From NCBI GenBank assembly GCA_963848295.1, contig CAWKDB010000002.1, forward strand, positions 416,001 to 480,000: a DNA stretch of 64,000 nt, read 5' to 3'. The DNA comes from an uncultured delta proteobacterium (GTDB lineage: Bacteria > Myxococcota_A > Polyangia > Haliangiales > Haliangiaceae). The position numbers and the translations under genes are program-made. Below the pieces are notes generated by a model that saw only the letters and a list, made by a program, of their open reading frames with translations, had not been told where the DNA came from and ran no database searches. Shown here piece after piece: positions 36,317 through 48,038 of this stretch (positions are counted from its first letter, which is position 1; every line of letters starts with the position of its first letter).

Positions 36317-36925
36317 GTTCATGTGACCCACGGGGGTCACATGAACCACGGGGGTCGTCGCGACCGCGAGCGCTCACGTGACCCACGGGGGTCGTCGCGA
36401 CCGCGAGCGATCATGTGACCCACGGGGGTCGTCGCGACCGCGAGCGATCATGTGACCCACGGGGGTCGTCGCGATCGCGAGCGATCATGTGACCCACGGG
36501 GGTCGTCGCGACCGCGAGCGATCATGTGACCCACGGGGGTCGTCGCGACCGCGAGCGATCATGTGACCCACGGGGGTCGTCGCGACCGCGAGCGATCATG
36601 TGACCCACGGGGGTCGTCGCGACCGCGAGCGTTCACCTGACCCACGGGGGTGGTCGCGACCGCGAGCGTTCACCTGACCCACGGTGGTCGTCGCGACCGC
36701 GAGCGATCATGTGACCCAGGGGGTCGTCGCGACCGCGAGCGTTCACCTCACCCACGGGGGTCGTCGCGACCGCGAGTCGTTCATGTGACCCACGGGGGTC
36801 GTCGCGACCGCGAATCGTTCATGTGACCCACGGGGGTCGTCGCGACCGCGAGTCGTTCATGTGACCCACGGGGGTCGTCGCGACCGCGAGTCGTTCATGT
36901 GACCCACGGGGGTCGTCGCCCCGCG
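36317..36925. repeat. Tandem array of about 17 copies of a 37-bp (36-38) hairpin unit TGACCCACGGGGGTCGTCGCGACCGCGAGCGATCATG
   Basis: Units start at 36379, 36416, 36453, 36490, 36527, 36564, 36601, 36638, 36675, 36712, 36748, 36786, 36824, 36862 and 36900, plus two partial copies at the left. No unique spacers. Confidence 0.97.
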
Positions 36926-36961
36926 ATCGCGCCGATTCGGCGACCGTGCTAACACGATGTC

Positions 36962-37795
36962 ATGACGTGGCAACTCCGCGTAGCCGCCGTCCAGATGCGG
37001 TCGACCGAGGATCTCGCGGCCAACCTCACGACCTGCGGGGCCCTCGCCGGCCAGGCTGCCGCCGACGGCGCCCAGCTGGTGGTGTTGCCGGAGTGTTTCT
37101 CGTTCCTGGGCAAAGGAGAAGGCGACAAGCTCGCCATCGCGGAGAACCTCGACCTGCGCACCGGCCCGGTGATGACGATGCTGCGCGAGGTCGCGACCAA
37201 GCACGGCGTGTGGATGATCGGCGGCGGGACACCGGAGCTCGTGCCGGGAGATCCGCAGCGCACGTTCAATACCGCAGTCGTTGTCGATCCGGGCGGCAAC
37301 CTGGTCGCGCGCTATCGCAAGATCCACTTATTCGACGTGGACATCCCCGGTGGTGCGACGCTCAAGGAATCCGAGAGCACCGCGCCCGGCGAGGATCTGA
37401 TCTCGCTCGATATCGGCGGCGCGCCGGTCGGCCTATCGATTTGCTACGACGTCCGGTTTCCGGAGCTCTATCGCAAGCTGGTCAAGGACATGGGCTCGCA
37501 GGTCCTGCTCGTGCCCGCGGCGTTCACCGCGCATACCGGCGCCGCGCACTGGGAGCTCCTGCTCCGCGCACGCGCCGTCGAGGATCAAGCGTGGGTGGTC
37601 GCACCGGCGCAGTGGGGCCGGCACAACGCGAAGCGCGAGAGCTTCGGCCACACGCTGATCGCGGATCCGTGGGGCACGATCGTGGGCGAGCGCGCCGACG
37701 GCGATGGCGTCGTGATCGCGACCCTAGATGGCGAAACGGTCGCGAAGCGCCGCACCCAGATGCCGGTGCTCAAGCACGCGGTCCTCTGGCGCTAA
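36962..37795 (+). CDS. Carbon-nitrogen hydrolase (Nit1 / deaminated glutathione amidase-like)
   Basis: Catalytic E-K-C triad in VLPECF, YRKIHLFDV and ICYDVRFPE; TGAAHWELLLRARAVE. Confidence 0.93.
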   Translation: MTWQLRVAAVQMRSTEDLAANLTTCGALAGQAAADGAQLVVLPECFSFLGKGEGDKLAIAENLDLRTGPVMTMLREVATKHGVWMIGGGTPELVPGDPQRTFNTAVVVDPGGNLVARYRKIHLFDVDIPGGATLKESESTAPGEDLISLDIGGAPVGLSICYDVRFPELYRKLVKDMGSQVLLVPAAFTAHTGAAHWELLLRARAVEDQAWVVAPAQWGRHNAKRESFGHTLIADPWGTIVGERADGDGVVIATLDGETVAKRRTQMPVLKHAVLWR

Positions 37796-37803
37796 CCCGC
37801 CCC

Positions 37804-38163
37804 CTAGTGCGCCGAGCCCGAGCCGGTCGCGTGCGCCGCTCGATACTTCTCGATCGCGTCCTTCGTCTGCTGCTCGGTCATGTCCGGCGTGAGGTGCAGG
37901 TAGTCGCTGCCGCTGCCGATCGCTGATCCGGCCGAACCGGAGCCCGCGCTGCCGCTGCCGTTGTCGAATTTGGCGAAGAACGTGCCGACCGCGTCGCCGC
38001 ACGGCTTCGCGAACACGATGACCGCGATCAGCATGATCACGGTGAACGCGATGCGGAACAGATCGGGACCGCGCAACCGCATCCCGCGACCGCGCGGCAG
38101 CTTGACCACTGGCTCGTCGTCGGGCTCGGAGGGCTCGGGGCTCGGGTTCGCCACGTCGGTCAC
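37804..38163 (-). CDS. Hypothetical single-TM protein with GSGSA linker
   Basis: One hydrophobic helix and a Gly/Ser-rich region; follows recJ. Confidence 0.7.
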   Translation of the reverse strand: MTDVANPSPEPSEPDDEPVVKLPRGRGMRLRGPDLFRIAFTVIMLIAVIVFAKPCGDAVGTFFAKFDNGSGSAGSGSAGSAIGSGSDYLHLTPDMTEQQTKDAIEKYRAAHATGSGSAH

Positions 38164-38189
38164 GCGGACGATCTACCACGCCGATGAGC

Positions 38190-39905
38190 TCACGACACGA
38201 TCGCGAGGTCCGACAGCTCGAGCTCGGCGCTGCGCCTACCCTGCCACGTCGACACGGTCGGCACGAACGCGAGATCGACGCGCATGCCGACCTCGATCGG
38301 GCGATCGCCCAGCCGAAACCCGATCGCGGACCGCGACGATTGCTGATCGTCCTCGACCGTCAGCCGCAAGTGCGAGCCGTCGCCGACGCGGCGGACCGCG
38401 GTGACCTTCGCGTGGCGCGTGGCGAGCAGCGGCGCCGGGTTCTCCTGGCCGAACGGGCCGAGGTTCGCGAGCTCGGTGGCGAGGCGCTCGTCGATGTCGC
38501 CGAGCCGCACCTCGGCATCGACGTCGGACGCGGTCTGGACCGGACCGGAGCCGAGCGCGAGGCGGCCGACCGCACCGGCCAGCATCTCGGCGAGCTGCGG
38601 CATGGCAGCGCGCTGGATCGTGAAGCCGGCCGCTGCCGCGTGACCGCCGAAGCGATCCAAGCACGGCGCCGCCTCGGCGAGCGCGTCGTACAGGTTGATG
38701 CCGCCGACCGTGCGCGCCGACCCCCGGCCCAGACCGGTCTCGGGATCGACTCCGACGACGAACGCCGGCCGGTGAAACTTGTCGACGAGCTTCGCCGCGA
38801 CGATGCCGACCACGCCGGAGGGCCAACCCTCGCCCGCGAGCACGATCGCCGGGCCGGGATCGGCGTCGCCGAGCTTGGCCAGTGCTTCGGTCATCACGCG
38901 CTCTTGGATCGTCCGGCGCTCGGCGTTCGCGATCTCGAGTGCTCGCGCGCAGCCCTCGGCACTCGCTGCGTCGGCGAGCAGCAGCGCGAGCGACGGTTCG
39001 GCATCGCCGAGGCGCCCGGGCGCGTTGATCCGCGGCGCGATCTTCCAAGCCACGGTGCGCGCGTCGACCTCGCGATCACCATCGACACCGGCGGCGGCGA
39101 GCAACGCGGCGATGCCCGGGCGCACGCGACTCTGCAAGCGACGCAAGCCGAGCGACGTCAGGATCCGATTCTCGGCGGTGAGCGGCACGAGGTCGGCGAT
39201 CGTGCCGAGCGCGACGAGGTCGAGCAGATCGCGAACATCGGGCTCGCGCCGCGTGCGAAAATGTCCGCGATCGCGGAGCTCGGTGCGCACCGAGCCGGCG
39301 ACGTAGAACGCGAGGCCGACCGACGCCATGCCGCGAAACGGGAACGTCGAGTCAGCGCGAAACGGATTGACGAGCGCCGCCGCGGGGTGCGCGACGCCGG
39401 CCGCCGGCACGGTGTGGTGATCCACGACGATGACCCGCGCGCCGCGCTCGGCCGCAGCGCGGATCGAGTCGCCATCGCTCGTGCCGCAGTCGCCGGTGAT
39501 GATCAGCTTGCAGCCGCGGTCGCAGAAGTCGAGCGCCGCGCCGAGCGTGAAGCCGTAGCCAGCGTCGCGTCGCGCGACCGCGACCACGACATCGCCCCCG
39601 GCCGCGCGCAGGAATGAAGCGAGCAACGTCGCGGTCGTGATGCCGTCGACGTCGTAGTCGCCGAACACGCCGATCCGCTCGCCGCGCGTGATCGCATCGG
39701 CGATCAGCGGAACCGCGGTCGACAGGCCGGCGAGCCCGACCGGCGGGCGCAGCGCCGCGAGCCGCGGATCGATGAAGCCCTGGGCGTCCCGAGGCTCGGC
39801 GACGCCGCGAGCGACGAGGCAGCGCGCGGTCACCGGCCGAACGCCGAGCGCGGTCGCGAGCCGACTGGCGGCGCGATCGTCGACCGAACGAACTCGAAGC
39901 TCCAC
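38190..39905 (-). CDS. recJ: Single-stranded-DNA-specific exonuclease RecJ
   Basis: FGDYDVDGITT, GYGF, DCG, VDHH, LGTIADLVPL..ENR, APRINAPGRL, GGHAAAAG, PFGQENP. Start position approximate. Confidence 0.96.
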   Translation of the reverse strand: MELRVRSVDDRAASRLATALGVRPVTARCLVARGVAEPRDAQGFIDPRLAALRPPVGLAGLSTAVPLIADAITRGERIGVFGDYDVDGITTATLLASFLRAAGGDVVVAVARRDAGYGFTLGAALDFCDRGCKLIITGDCGTSDGDSIRAAAERGARVIVVDHHTVPAAGVAHPAAALVNPFRADSTFPFRGMASVGLAFYVAGSVRTELRDRGHFRTRREPDVRDLLDLVALGTIADLVPLTAENRILTSLGLRRLQSRVRPGIAALLAAAGVDGDREVDARTVAWKIAPRINAPGRLGDAEPSLALLLADAASAEGCARALEIANAERRTIQERVMTEALAKLGDADPGPAIVLAGEGWPSGVVGIVAAKLVDKFHRPAFVVGVDPETGLGRGSARTVGGINLYDALAEAAPCLDRFGGHAAAAGFTIQRAAMPQLAEMLAGAVGRLALGSGPVQTASDVDAEVRLGDIDERLATELANLGPFGQENPAPLLATRHAKVTAVRRVGDGSHLRLTVEDDQQSSRSAIGFRLGDRPIEVGMRVDLAFVPTVSTWQGRRSAELELSDLAIVS

Positions 39906-39976
39906 GTACGCACCGTAGACGCTGGGTCTGACAGAACTGCGCGAGATCAAAGCGATCCCGGGATCTCTCACAGCGA

Positions 39977-40918
39977 CTAGTGCTTGCGATACAGGTAGTG
40001 GCCAGCCGCCGTCCGAAGATCGGCATCGGACCAGGCGCGAAAGCGGGGCGCGAGCTGCGATCGCGCGATCCCCGGCGCTCCAGCGAGGGCGGCGGCCTCG
40101 TCATCGACCCAGCGGCGTTCGCCGGAGCCGGTGTCGTAGATCAACCGGCGCACCGCGATGCGCTCGAGGCCGGCTCGCTCGAACGCGGCAGCGACCTCGG
40201 TCGACGCGAGTCGCGCGTGATAGCCGAGGCGATGGCCGAGCACGGCGCGATAGATCGACTCGGGCCACGCGAGGTGCGCGAAGAACGCGATCCCGTTGTC
40301 GGCGTGATGCAGGTGATCGCGGTGATCGTAGACGTGCGAGCTCAGGCCGCCGGGCCGCAACGCGCGCGCTTGGTGGGCGACAAACGCGGCGAGCTCGGCC
40401 GGCGACTCGTGCTCGAGCGCTCCACCGGAGTGGCACAGGTCGATCGCATCGTCGCGGATCGCGCTCGGCTCCTGCTCGCGCACCGCCGCCACCGCGGCGA
40501 GCGCCTCGGCGATCGACAGCCAGCGCACACCTTCGATCACGCGGCGGCGGTCGTCCGGCACCGCGCCCGCAGGCCACGCAGCGTCGAGCGCCCCGGCTCG
40601 CGCGCGGTCGAGGTAGCGCGGCAACATCGCCTCGTCGCCGGTGAGCACCGCGCCGCGCCCGGTCAGCATGAACGCGGCGAACGGGAGGAACGGCGTCGCG
40701 CCGGCGTCGTGCAACCACAGCGCGCGCCCTTCGAGCTCGATGCCGAAGCGCCGCCACGTCGCGACGTAGCCGGGCCACACGCGCGCGAGCTTGTCGACGT
40801 GACTCGCCGCCGTACCGAGGCCGTAGCCACCTCGCGTCAGCGCGCGATACAGCGCGGGGCCACCCGGTGCGCGACCGAAGCCGAGCTGGACCGCGCCCTT
40901 GGTGATCGCCTTGATCAT
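39977..40918 (-). CDS. Class I SAM-dependent methyltransferase-like protein
   Basis: DAGATP motif-I-like segment, IDLCHSGGALEH, LRPGGLSSHVYDHRDH. The ATG overlaps the VanW-family gene stop (ATGA). Confidence 0.65.
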   Translation of the reverse strand: MIKAITKGAVQLGFGRAPGGPALYRALTRGGYGLGTAASHVDKLARVWPGYVATWRRFGIELEGRALWLHDAGATPFLPFAAFMLTGRGAVLTGDEAMLPRYLDRARAGALDAAWPAGAVPDDRRRVIEGVRWLSIAEALAAVAAVREQEPSAIRDDAIDLCHSGGALEHESPAELAAFVAHQARALRPGGLSSHVYDHRDHLHHADNGIAFFAHLAWPESIYRAVLGHRLGYHARLASTEVAAAFERAGLERIAVRRLIYDTGSGERRWVDDEAAALAGAPGIARSQLAPRFRAWSDADLRTAAGHYLYRKH

Positions 40919-41724
40919 GCGACCCGCTCGACCGCGACATCCGGTGGCAGGGCGTACGCGATCCGCCCGCGGTTGTGCGCGACCTCGTGATCGACGAGCA
41001 GCGCGCCGTCGCTCGCGCGCATGATCCGCCGGCGGATCCGGTTCTCGCGCCAGATCGCGCCGTCGGATCCGTAGACGAAGCGATGGTCGACCTCGTAGAC
41101 CTCGGCGCGCACGTCGGTCGGCCGCTCGCTGCGCAGCTCGCCGACCAGGTCGCCGTCGACCAGCCCGATCCGGAGCACGACCGGCACGTCGAGCGGATTG
41201 CCGAAGCGCAGATCGGCCCAGTTGTAGAACACGGTCGCACCGCAGCCGAACGGCACGCGGCGATCCGAATCGGCGAACAGATCGAGCGTGTGGCGATGGC
41301 GTTCGACGATCGTCTGCGCGCCGACCAACGCGAGGTAGTAAAGCAAGTTCGCGACCTGGCATGCGCCCCCTCCGACGCCCTCGGCGAGCGCACCATCGTG
41401 GAGCTCGAGCCCCGCCGCGAAGCCGCGTCGCTGCGATGGCCGGCCGACCGCGTGGTGATACGACAGCACGCGACCCGGCGCGATCACGCGGCGATCGAGC
41501 CGCGCCGCCGCGACCGCGACGTTACGCTCCTTGCCCGCTTGCAACCGCGGATCGCCGCTCGTCCCGGGGCGGCGAAGCGGCGAGGTATGCCGCGCGATCA
41601 CGCAGTCCCAATCGTCGCCCCCGCGCGGCAACCCGAACCGCGGCGCTTCGACAAGCCAGCGCGGCCAGCGCCGGGCGCGCGCGAGCTCGACCCTCAGCGC
41701 GCGCGGTAGCAGCTCGCGGAACAT
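40915..41724 (-). CDS. VanW family protein
   Basis: IAPGRVLSY...VGRP, GVGGGACQVANLLY, VERHRH, GCGATVFYNWADLRFGN. Confidence 0.88.
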   Translation of the reverse strand: MFRELLPRALRVELARARRWPRWLVEAPRFGLPRGGDDWDCVIARHTSPLRRPGTSGDPRLQAGKERNVAVAAARLDRRVIAPGRVLSYHHAVGRPSQRRGFAAGLELHDGALAEGVGGGACQVANLLYYLALVGAQTIVERHRHTLDLFADSDRRVPFGCGATVFYNWADLRFGNPLDVPVVLRIGLVDGDLVGELRSERPTDVRAEVYEVDHRFVYGSDGAIWRENRIRRRIMRASDGALLVDHEVAHNRGRIAYALPPDVAVERVA

Positions 41725-41760
41725 CGCAAGGACTCTAACGCGCGAGCGTGCGCGGTTGTT

Positions 41761-42054
41761 CTATCGTCGAGCGATGGCCCGCGGCAACTTGGTCGCTTTG
41801 GCCGTGGCGTAGGCTCGGCGGCGCGCGAAGACGACGAGCTGCGCGAGCACGACGCACACGACGAACGGAATCGCGAACTCGAACGATTCGGCGCTGATCT
41901 GGGCCTTACCTCGTGCCCCGGCGAGCTCCGGAAACAGCCACAGCACGCTCGCGATGAGGCCGATGCCGCTGATCGCCAGCCTGATCTGGCGATCGCGCTG
42001 GACCCGCTCGATATCCTCGGCCCAGTCGTTCTCGCCCTCGCCGCCGTCGTTCAC
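41761..42054 (-). CDS. Hypothetical small membrane protein (2 TM)
   Basis: Starts 1 bp after the secF stop; two hydrophobic segments. Confidence 0.6.
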   Translation of the reverse strand: MNDGGEGENDWAEDIERVQRDRQIRLAISGIGLIASVLWLFPELAGARGKAQISAESFEFAIPFVVCVVLAQLVVFARRRAYATAKATKLPRAIARR

Positions 42055-42055
42055 A

Positions 42056-43321
42056 TTACTCCACGGGGACCGGCGCCGGTGCGCGCCGCTTCGGCGCCGG
42101 GCCCGAATAGTAGCGCCGCGAGATGTACATGAAGATCGGCGCGGCCAGGAAGATCGACGAGTACGTGCCGACGATGACCCCGATGTTCATCGCGAACGCG
42201 AAGTTCCGCACCAGGCCGACGCCGAAGATGTTCATGATCAGCGTGGTGGCGAACACCGTCGCCGACGTCAGGATCGTGCGCACGAGCATCTCGTTGATCG
42301 AGATGTCGATGATCCGCTCGATCTTCTTGTCCTTGAGCTTCGCCTGGTTCTCGCGGATGCGATCGAACACGATCACCGTGTCGTTGACCGAGTAACCCAT
42401 CACGGTGAGCAATCCGGCTACCGAGACCAGTGACACGTCGGTCCACGTGACCGCGAACACGCCGATCACCATCACCGCGTCGTGGATCGTCGCGAACGCC
42501 GCGCCGGGTGCGTAGCGGATATCGAACCGGAATGCGAGGTACAGCATGATCAGGAAGATCGCGTAGACGATCGACTTCGCCGCGTCATTGCGCAGCTTGT
42601 CGCCGGCCTTCGCGCCGACGCCGCTCGAGTCCTCGACGGTCACCTGGACGCCGAGCGACTTCTCGAGCACCTGTTGGAACTGGCGATCGAGACCCCACAT
42701 CGCGAACGACGCGTGGTACTCGTGCGTGCCTTCGTCGGGATGGGTGTACTGCTCTGTCTCCTTGTCGAGCCACGGCTTGAGCTCGAGCCCGAGCGCAGCA
42801 AACACCGGCGCAGCTTCCGCGTTCGTGATCTCTTTCTGCGAGCGCACGTTCAACCGCTCGCCCGACCAGGTCGCCTTGAGGATCTTCTGGCCGGGCATCG
42901 CGTCGAACTTCGCTTGAAATGCGGCGCTCGCCTTGTTCGCATCCTCGGCCTTGAGCACCGAGAACCGCGGCGTCTGGACGAGCATGCCGTGGACCGTGAC
43001 CTTCTTCGCATCGGCCCACGACTTCTCGCCGACGTCGAAGCCCTGTTCGCCGGCCTTGTCGAGCGCCTCGCGAACCTTGCCCGGATCGACCGAGACGTAG
43101 TTACCGGCCTTGTCCTTGAACGAGAACGTGATCTCGGTGCCGCCCTTGAAATCGATCGTCCAGTTCATGTAGTCGCCGCGCGTCGCCTTGTTGACGAACA
43201 AGGCGCCGATGCTGGCGGCCATGAGCAGACACGAGATGACGATCCAGATCCGAAACTTGGCGACGAACGCGAAGTTGTTGCCGGGCGGAAGCAGGTAACG
43301 GAATTTGTGGTGCTCGCTCAT
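42056..43321 (-). CDS. secF: Protein translocase subunit SecF
   Basis: IDFKGGT, YLAFRF, IHDA, GYSVNDTVIVFDRIREN, RTILTS, GTYSSIFLA. Confidence 0.97.
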   Translation of the reverse strand: MSEHHKFRYLLPPGNNFAFVAKFRIWIVISCLLMAASIGALFVNKATRGDYMNWTIDFKGGTEITFSFKDKAGNYVSVDPGKVREALDKAGEQGFDVGEKSWADAKKVTVHGMLVQTPRFSVLKAEDANKASAAFQAKFDAMPGQKILKATWSGERLNVRSQKEITNAEAAPVFAALGLELKPWLDKETEQYTHPDEGTHEYHASFAMWGLDRQFQQVLEKSLGVQVTVEDSSGVGAKAGDKLRNDAAKSIVYAIFLIMLYLAFRFDIRYAPGAAFATIHDAVMVIGVFAVTWTDVSLVSVAGLLTVMGYSVNDTVIVFDRIRENQAKLKDKKIERIIDISINEMLVRTILTSATVFATTLIMNIFGVGLVRNFAFAMNIGVIVGTYSSIFLAAPIFMYISRRYYSGPAPKRRAPAPVPVE

Positions 43322-43336
43322 CGTCTGGTTCCTTCC

Positions 43337-45349
43337 TCAGATCGAGAGGGTGGCGAGCGTGCCCTTCTTCCGGGCAACGGCCCAGTCGAAGAGGATGCGG
43401 GTGACCCACACGTTGGTGGTGAGCGTCGTGAACACGCCGACGAGCAGCATGACCGCGAAGCCCTTGATCGGGCCGGAGCCGTATTGATAGAGGACCCAGC
43501 CGGCGGCGGCGGTCGTGAGCTGACCGTCGAGGATCGCGGTGAACGCGCGCGAGAACCCGAGATCGATCGCGCCGCGCACGCTCTTACCGAGCAACAGCTC
43601 GTCTCGTATCCGCTCGTAGATCAAGATGTTGCCGTCGACCTCCATGCCGATCGACAGCACGATCGCGGCGATGCCGGGCAACGTCAGGGTGGCGCCGAAA
43701 ATCGCCATCACCGCGAGCGTCATGATGATGTGGAACACGACGGCGAACACCGCGATGCCGCCCGACCACCGGTAGACCACGACCATGATGAGGATGACGA
43801 GACCGATACCGATCTCGAACGACAGCCTGGTCTTGTCGATCGAATCGCGGCCGAGCGTCGGGCCGACGTGGCTCTCGCTCTCCAGGTCGAGCTGCGCGGG
43901 CAGCGAGCCGGCCTTCAGCACGTTGACCAGATCGTTCGCTTCCTTCTGGATACGATCGCCATCGTTGCCGCCCATCGTGATCGTGCAGCGACCGCCGCGG
44001 ATCGCCCCGTTGATGACCGGCGCCGAGCGGACCTTGCCATCGAGCACGGTCGCGAGCTTCTGGCCGCTGATCTGCGCCGTCAGGTTGCCGAACACTCGGC
44101 CGCCGTAGCGGTTGAACTCGAGGGAGACGACCGTGCGGTTCTGCGCCTGGTCGAACACCGGCGCCGCATTCGAGATCGACGAGCCGGTGAGCCGGACCGC
44201 TTTCTCGAGGTAGTAGCTGTGCCAGTAGCTGCGCTTGTCCTTCGCGCCCGACGGCGGCTCGACCAGCTCGTAGCCGAGCTCGTGATCGTCGGGGATCTTG
44301 AATTTCGGATCTTGCTCCGCGAGCCCGACGTAGTCGAGCTGCTTGTCGCCCTTGACGTAGCGGTCGATCAACACCCAGCCGGGCACGGTGCAGTGGACGA
44401 CGCCGTTCTCGACATCCTCGTCCTTGTACTTGCAATCGTGCTTCTTCGCCCACGCGGTGGTGTGCGACTCGTCGACGTCGAACGCCTTGATCGTGTAGTC
44501 GACGTGGCTCTCGTTCGAGTCGTCCGGCTGCCACGTCTCGGGCTCGGCGGTGATCCCGAGCTTCTTCGCCGCTGGATCCGGGGCCACGAGCGCGCCGTGG
44601 TGCGCGTCGTCGTTGCCCATGATCTTGTAGAACAGCTCCTTCATGATCTGCGCGCCCTGATGCGTCGGGCCGTCGTCGACGACCTTGAACTCGAGCTTCG
44701 CGGTGCGCGCGATGATCTCTTTGGTGTCGTTGATCATGGCCTCGTTGAGGCCGGGCAGCTCGACGATGATGTCGTCGCCCTTCTGGACGACGGTCGGATC
44801 GGCGACGCCGGTCGTGTCGATGCGCTCGCGGATCGTCGAGATCGCGTTCTCGAGCGCGGCTTTCTTCACGCCGTCGGCGAAGTCCGACGACACGCGGAAG
44901 CAGATGCCCGTGATCGTGTCGCTCGTGCCGTCGGCGGCCGTGCAGTCGCGCGTCGTGATGATGCCCTTGCCGACCTCGTCGACGTCGGCGACGACCTTGT
45001 CGACGTCTTTGAGGGTCTTCGGGTACAGCACGGTGACCGCGCCGGTCGCGGCGTTCGCGCCGAACGGGGTCTTGACGACGACGCCGGCGAGCTTCTGATC
45101 GGAGATCATCGACTCGAGGTCGCGCTTGAGCTCGGTCGCCTTGTCGTCGACCGCGGCGTTGAGGTCGATGCTGTAGTCGAGGTACAGCCCGCCTTGGAGG
45201 TCGAGGCCGAAACTGATCTTCTTGTTAAAGATCGAAGTTACCCACGACGGCAACGAGCCTTTGGGCGCGAACGTCGGCGCGAGCGTGCCGACGCAATAGA
45301 CGACGATCCCGGCGAGGATGATCGTCCGCCACTTGAGAGACCGATCCAT
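43337..45349 (-). CDS. secD: Protein translocase subunit SecD
   Basis: GLDLQGG, IRERIDTTGVADP, IIVELPG, LKAGSLPA, VGPTLG, LTLPGIA, VDGNILIYERIRDE, GPIKGFA. Confidence 0.97.
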   Translation of the reverse strand: MDRSLKWRTIILAGIVVYCVGTLAPTFAPKGSLPSWVTSIFNKKISFGLDLQGGLYLDYSIDLNAAVDDKATELKRDLESMISDQKLAGVVVKTPFGANAATGAVTVLYPKTLKDVDKVVADVDEVGKGIITTRDCTAADGTSDTITGICFRVSSDFADGVKKAALENAISTIRERIDTTGVADPTVVQKGDDIIVELPGLNEAMINDTKEIIARTAKLEFKVVDDGPTHQGAQIMKELFYKIMGNDDAHHGALVAPDPAAKKLGITAEPETWQPDDSNESHVDYTIKAFDVDESHTTAWAKKHDCKYKDEDVENGVVHCTVPGWVLIDRYVKGDKQLDYVGLAEQDPKFKIPDDHELGYELVEPPSGAKDKRSYWHSYYLEKAVRLTGSSISNAAPVFDQAQNRTVVSLEFNRYGGRVFGNLTAQISGQKLATVLDGKVRSAPVINGAIRGGRCTITMGGNDGDRIQKEANDLVNVLKAGSLPAQLDLESESHVGPTLGRDSIDKTRLSFEIGIGLVILIMVVVYRWSGGIAVFAVVFHIIMTLAVMAIFGATLTLPGIAAIVLSIGMEVDGNILIYERIRDELLLGKSVRGAIDLGFSRAFTAILDGQLTTAAAGWVLYQYGSGPIKGFAVMLLVGVFTTLTTNVWVTRILFDWAVARKKGTLATLSI

Positions 45350-45378
45350 GAAGTACCCCTAGGCGAAACGCGGAACGA

Positions 45379-45672
45379 TCAAGCTGCCCGAGCAGCAGTC
45401 GCCGGGACTTTGCCGTCCCACTTGGCCTCGATGTACGCGCGCGGCATCCGAACGCGAACCTTCTCTTGAAGCTCGAGCACCAGCACCCCGTCGTCCGACA
45501 CGCCGGTGATCTTGCCGATCAAGCCACCACGCGTGAGCACCTCGTCGCCCTTGCCGAGCTTCGAGAGCATCGCCTGGTGCTCTTTTTGTTTCTTTACCTG
45601 CGGCCGGATCATCAGCACGTAAAAGATGCCGAAAATCACCACCATCATCAGGATCGGTTGCATGGCTTCCAT
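45379..45672 (-). CDS. yajC: Preprotein translocase subunit YajC
   Basis: FYVLMIRPQVKKQKEH...LGKGDEVLTRGGLIGKI. Confidence 0.95.
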   Translation of the reverse strand: MEAMQPILMMVVIFGIFYVLMIRPQVKKQKEHQAMLSKLGKGDEVLTRGGLIGKITGVSDDGVLVLELQEKVRVRMPRAYIEAKWDGKVPATAARAA

Positions 45673-45735
45673 CGCGGGTTACCTCGGAAATTCGAGGGGT
45701 TGGTACCACCCGATCCTCGTGTGGTCAAGGGTTGC

Positions 45736-47924
<2,189 letters not shown>

Positions 47925-48038
47925 GGTCGCCGACGCTAGCACGTGTCGTTGGAGTCGTACTCGCAGCCGGTGCCGCGACCGAACGCTTGAGTGCAATCGC
48001 GCAGGGCCGCGCGTGTCGTCAGTGCTACCGTGTCCGCG

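Noticed and set aside
36317..36925. CRISPR array
   Set aside because: Units are directly adjacent with no unique spacers, and there are no cas genes in the window.
40915..41724. Vancomycin resistance locus
   Set aside because: VanW alone is not a resistance determinant, and no vanHAX or vanRS genes are present.
42482..45469. Long antisense ORFs (995 aa here; similarly 30494-32677, 54238-56436 and 1168-3153)
   Set aside because: Typical stop-poor antisense frames in high-GC DNA opposite well-supported genes, with no motifs.
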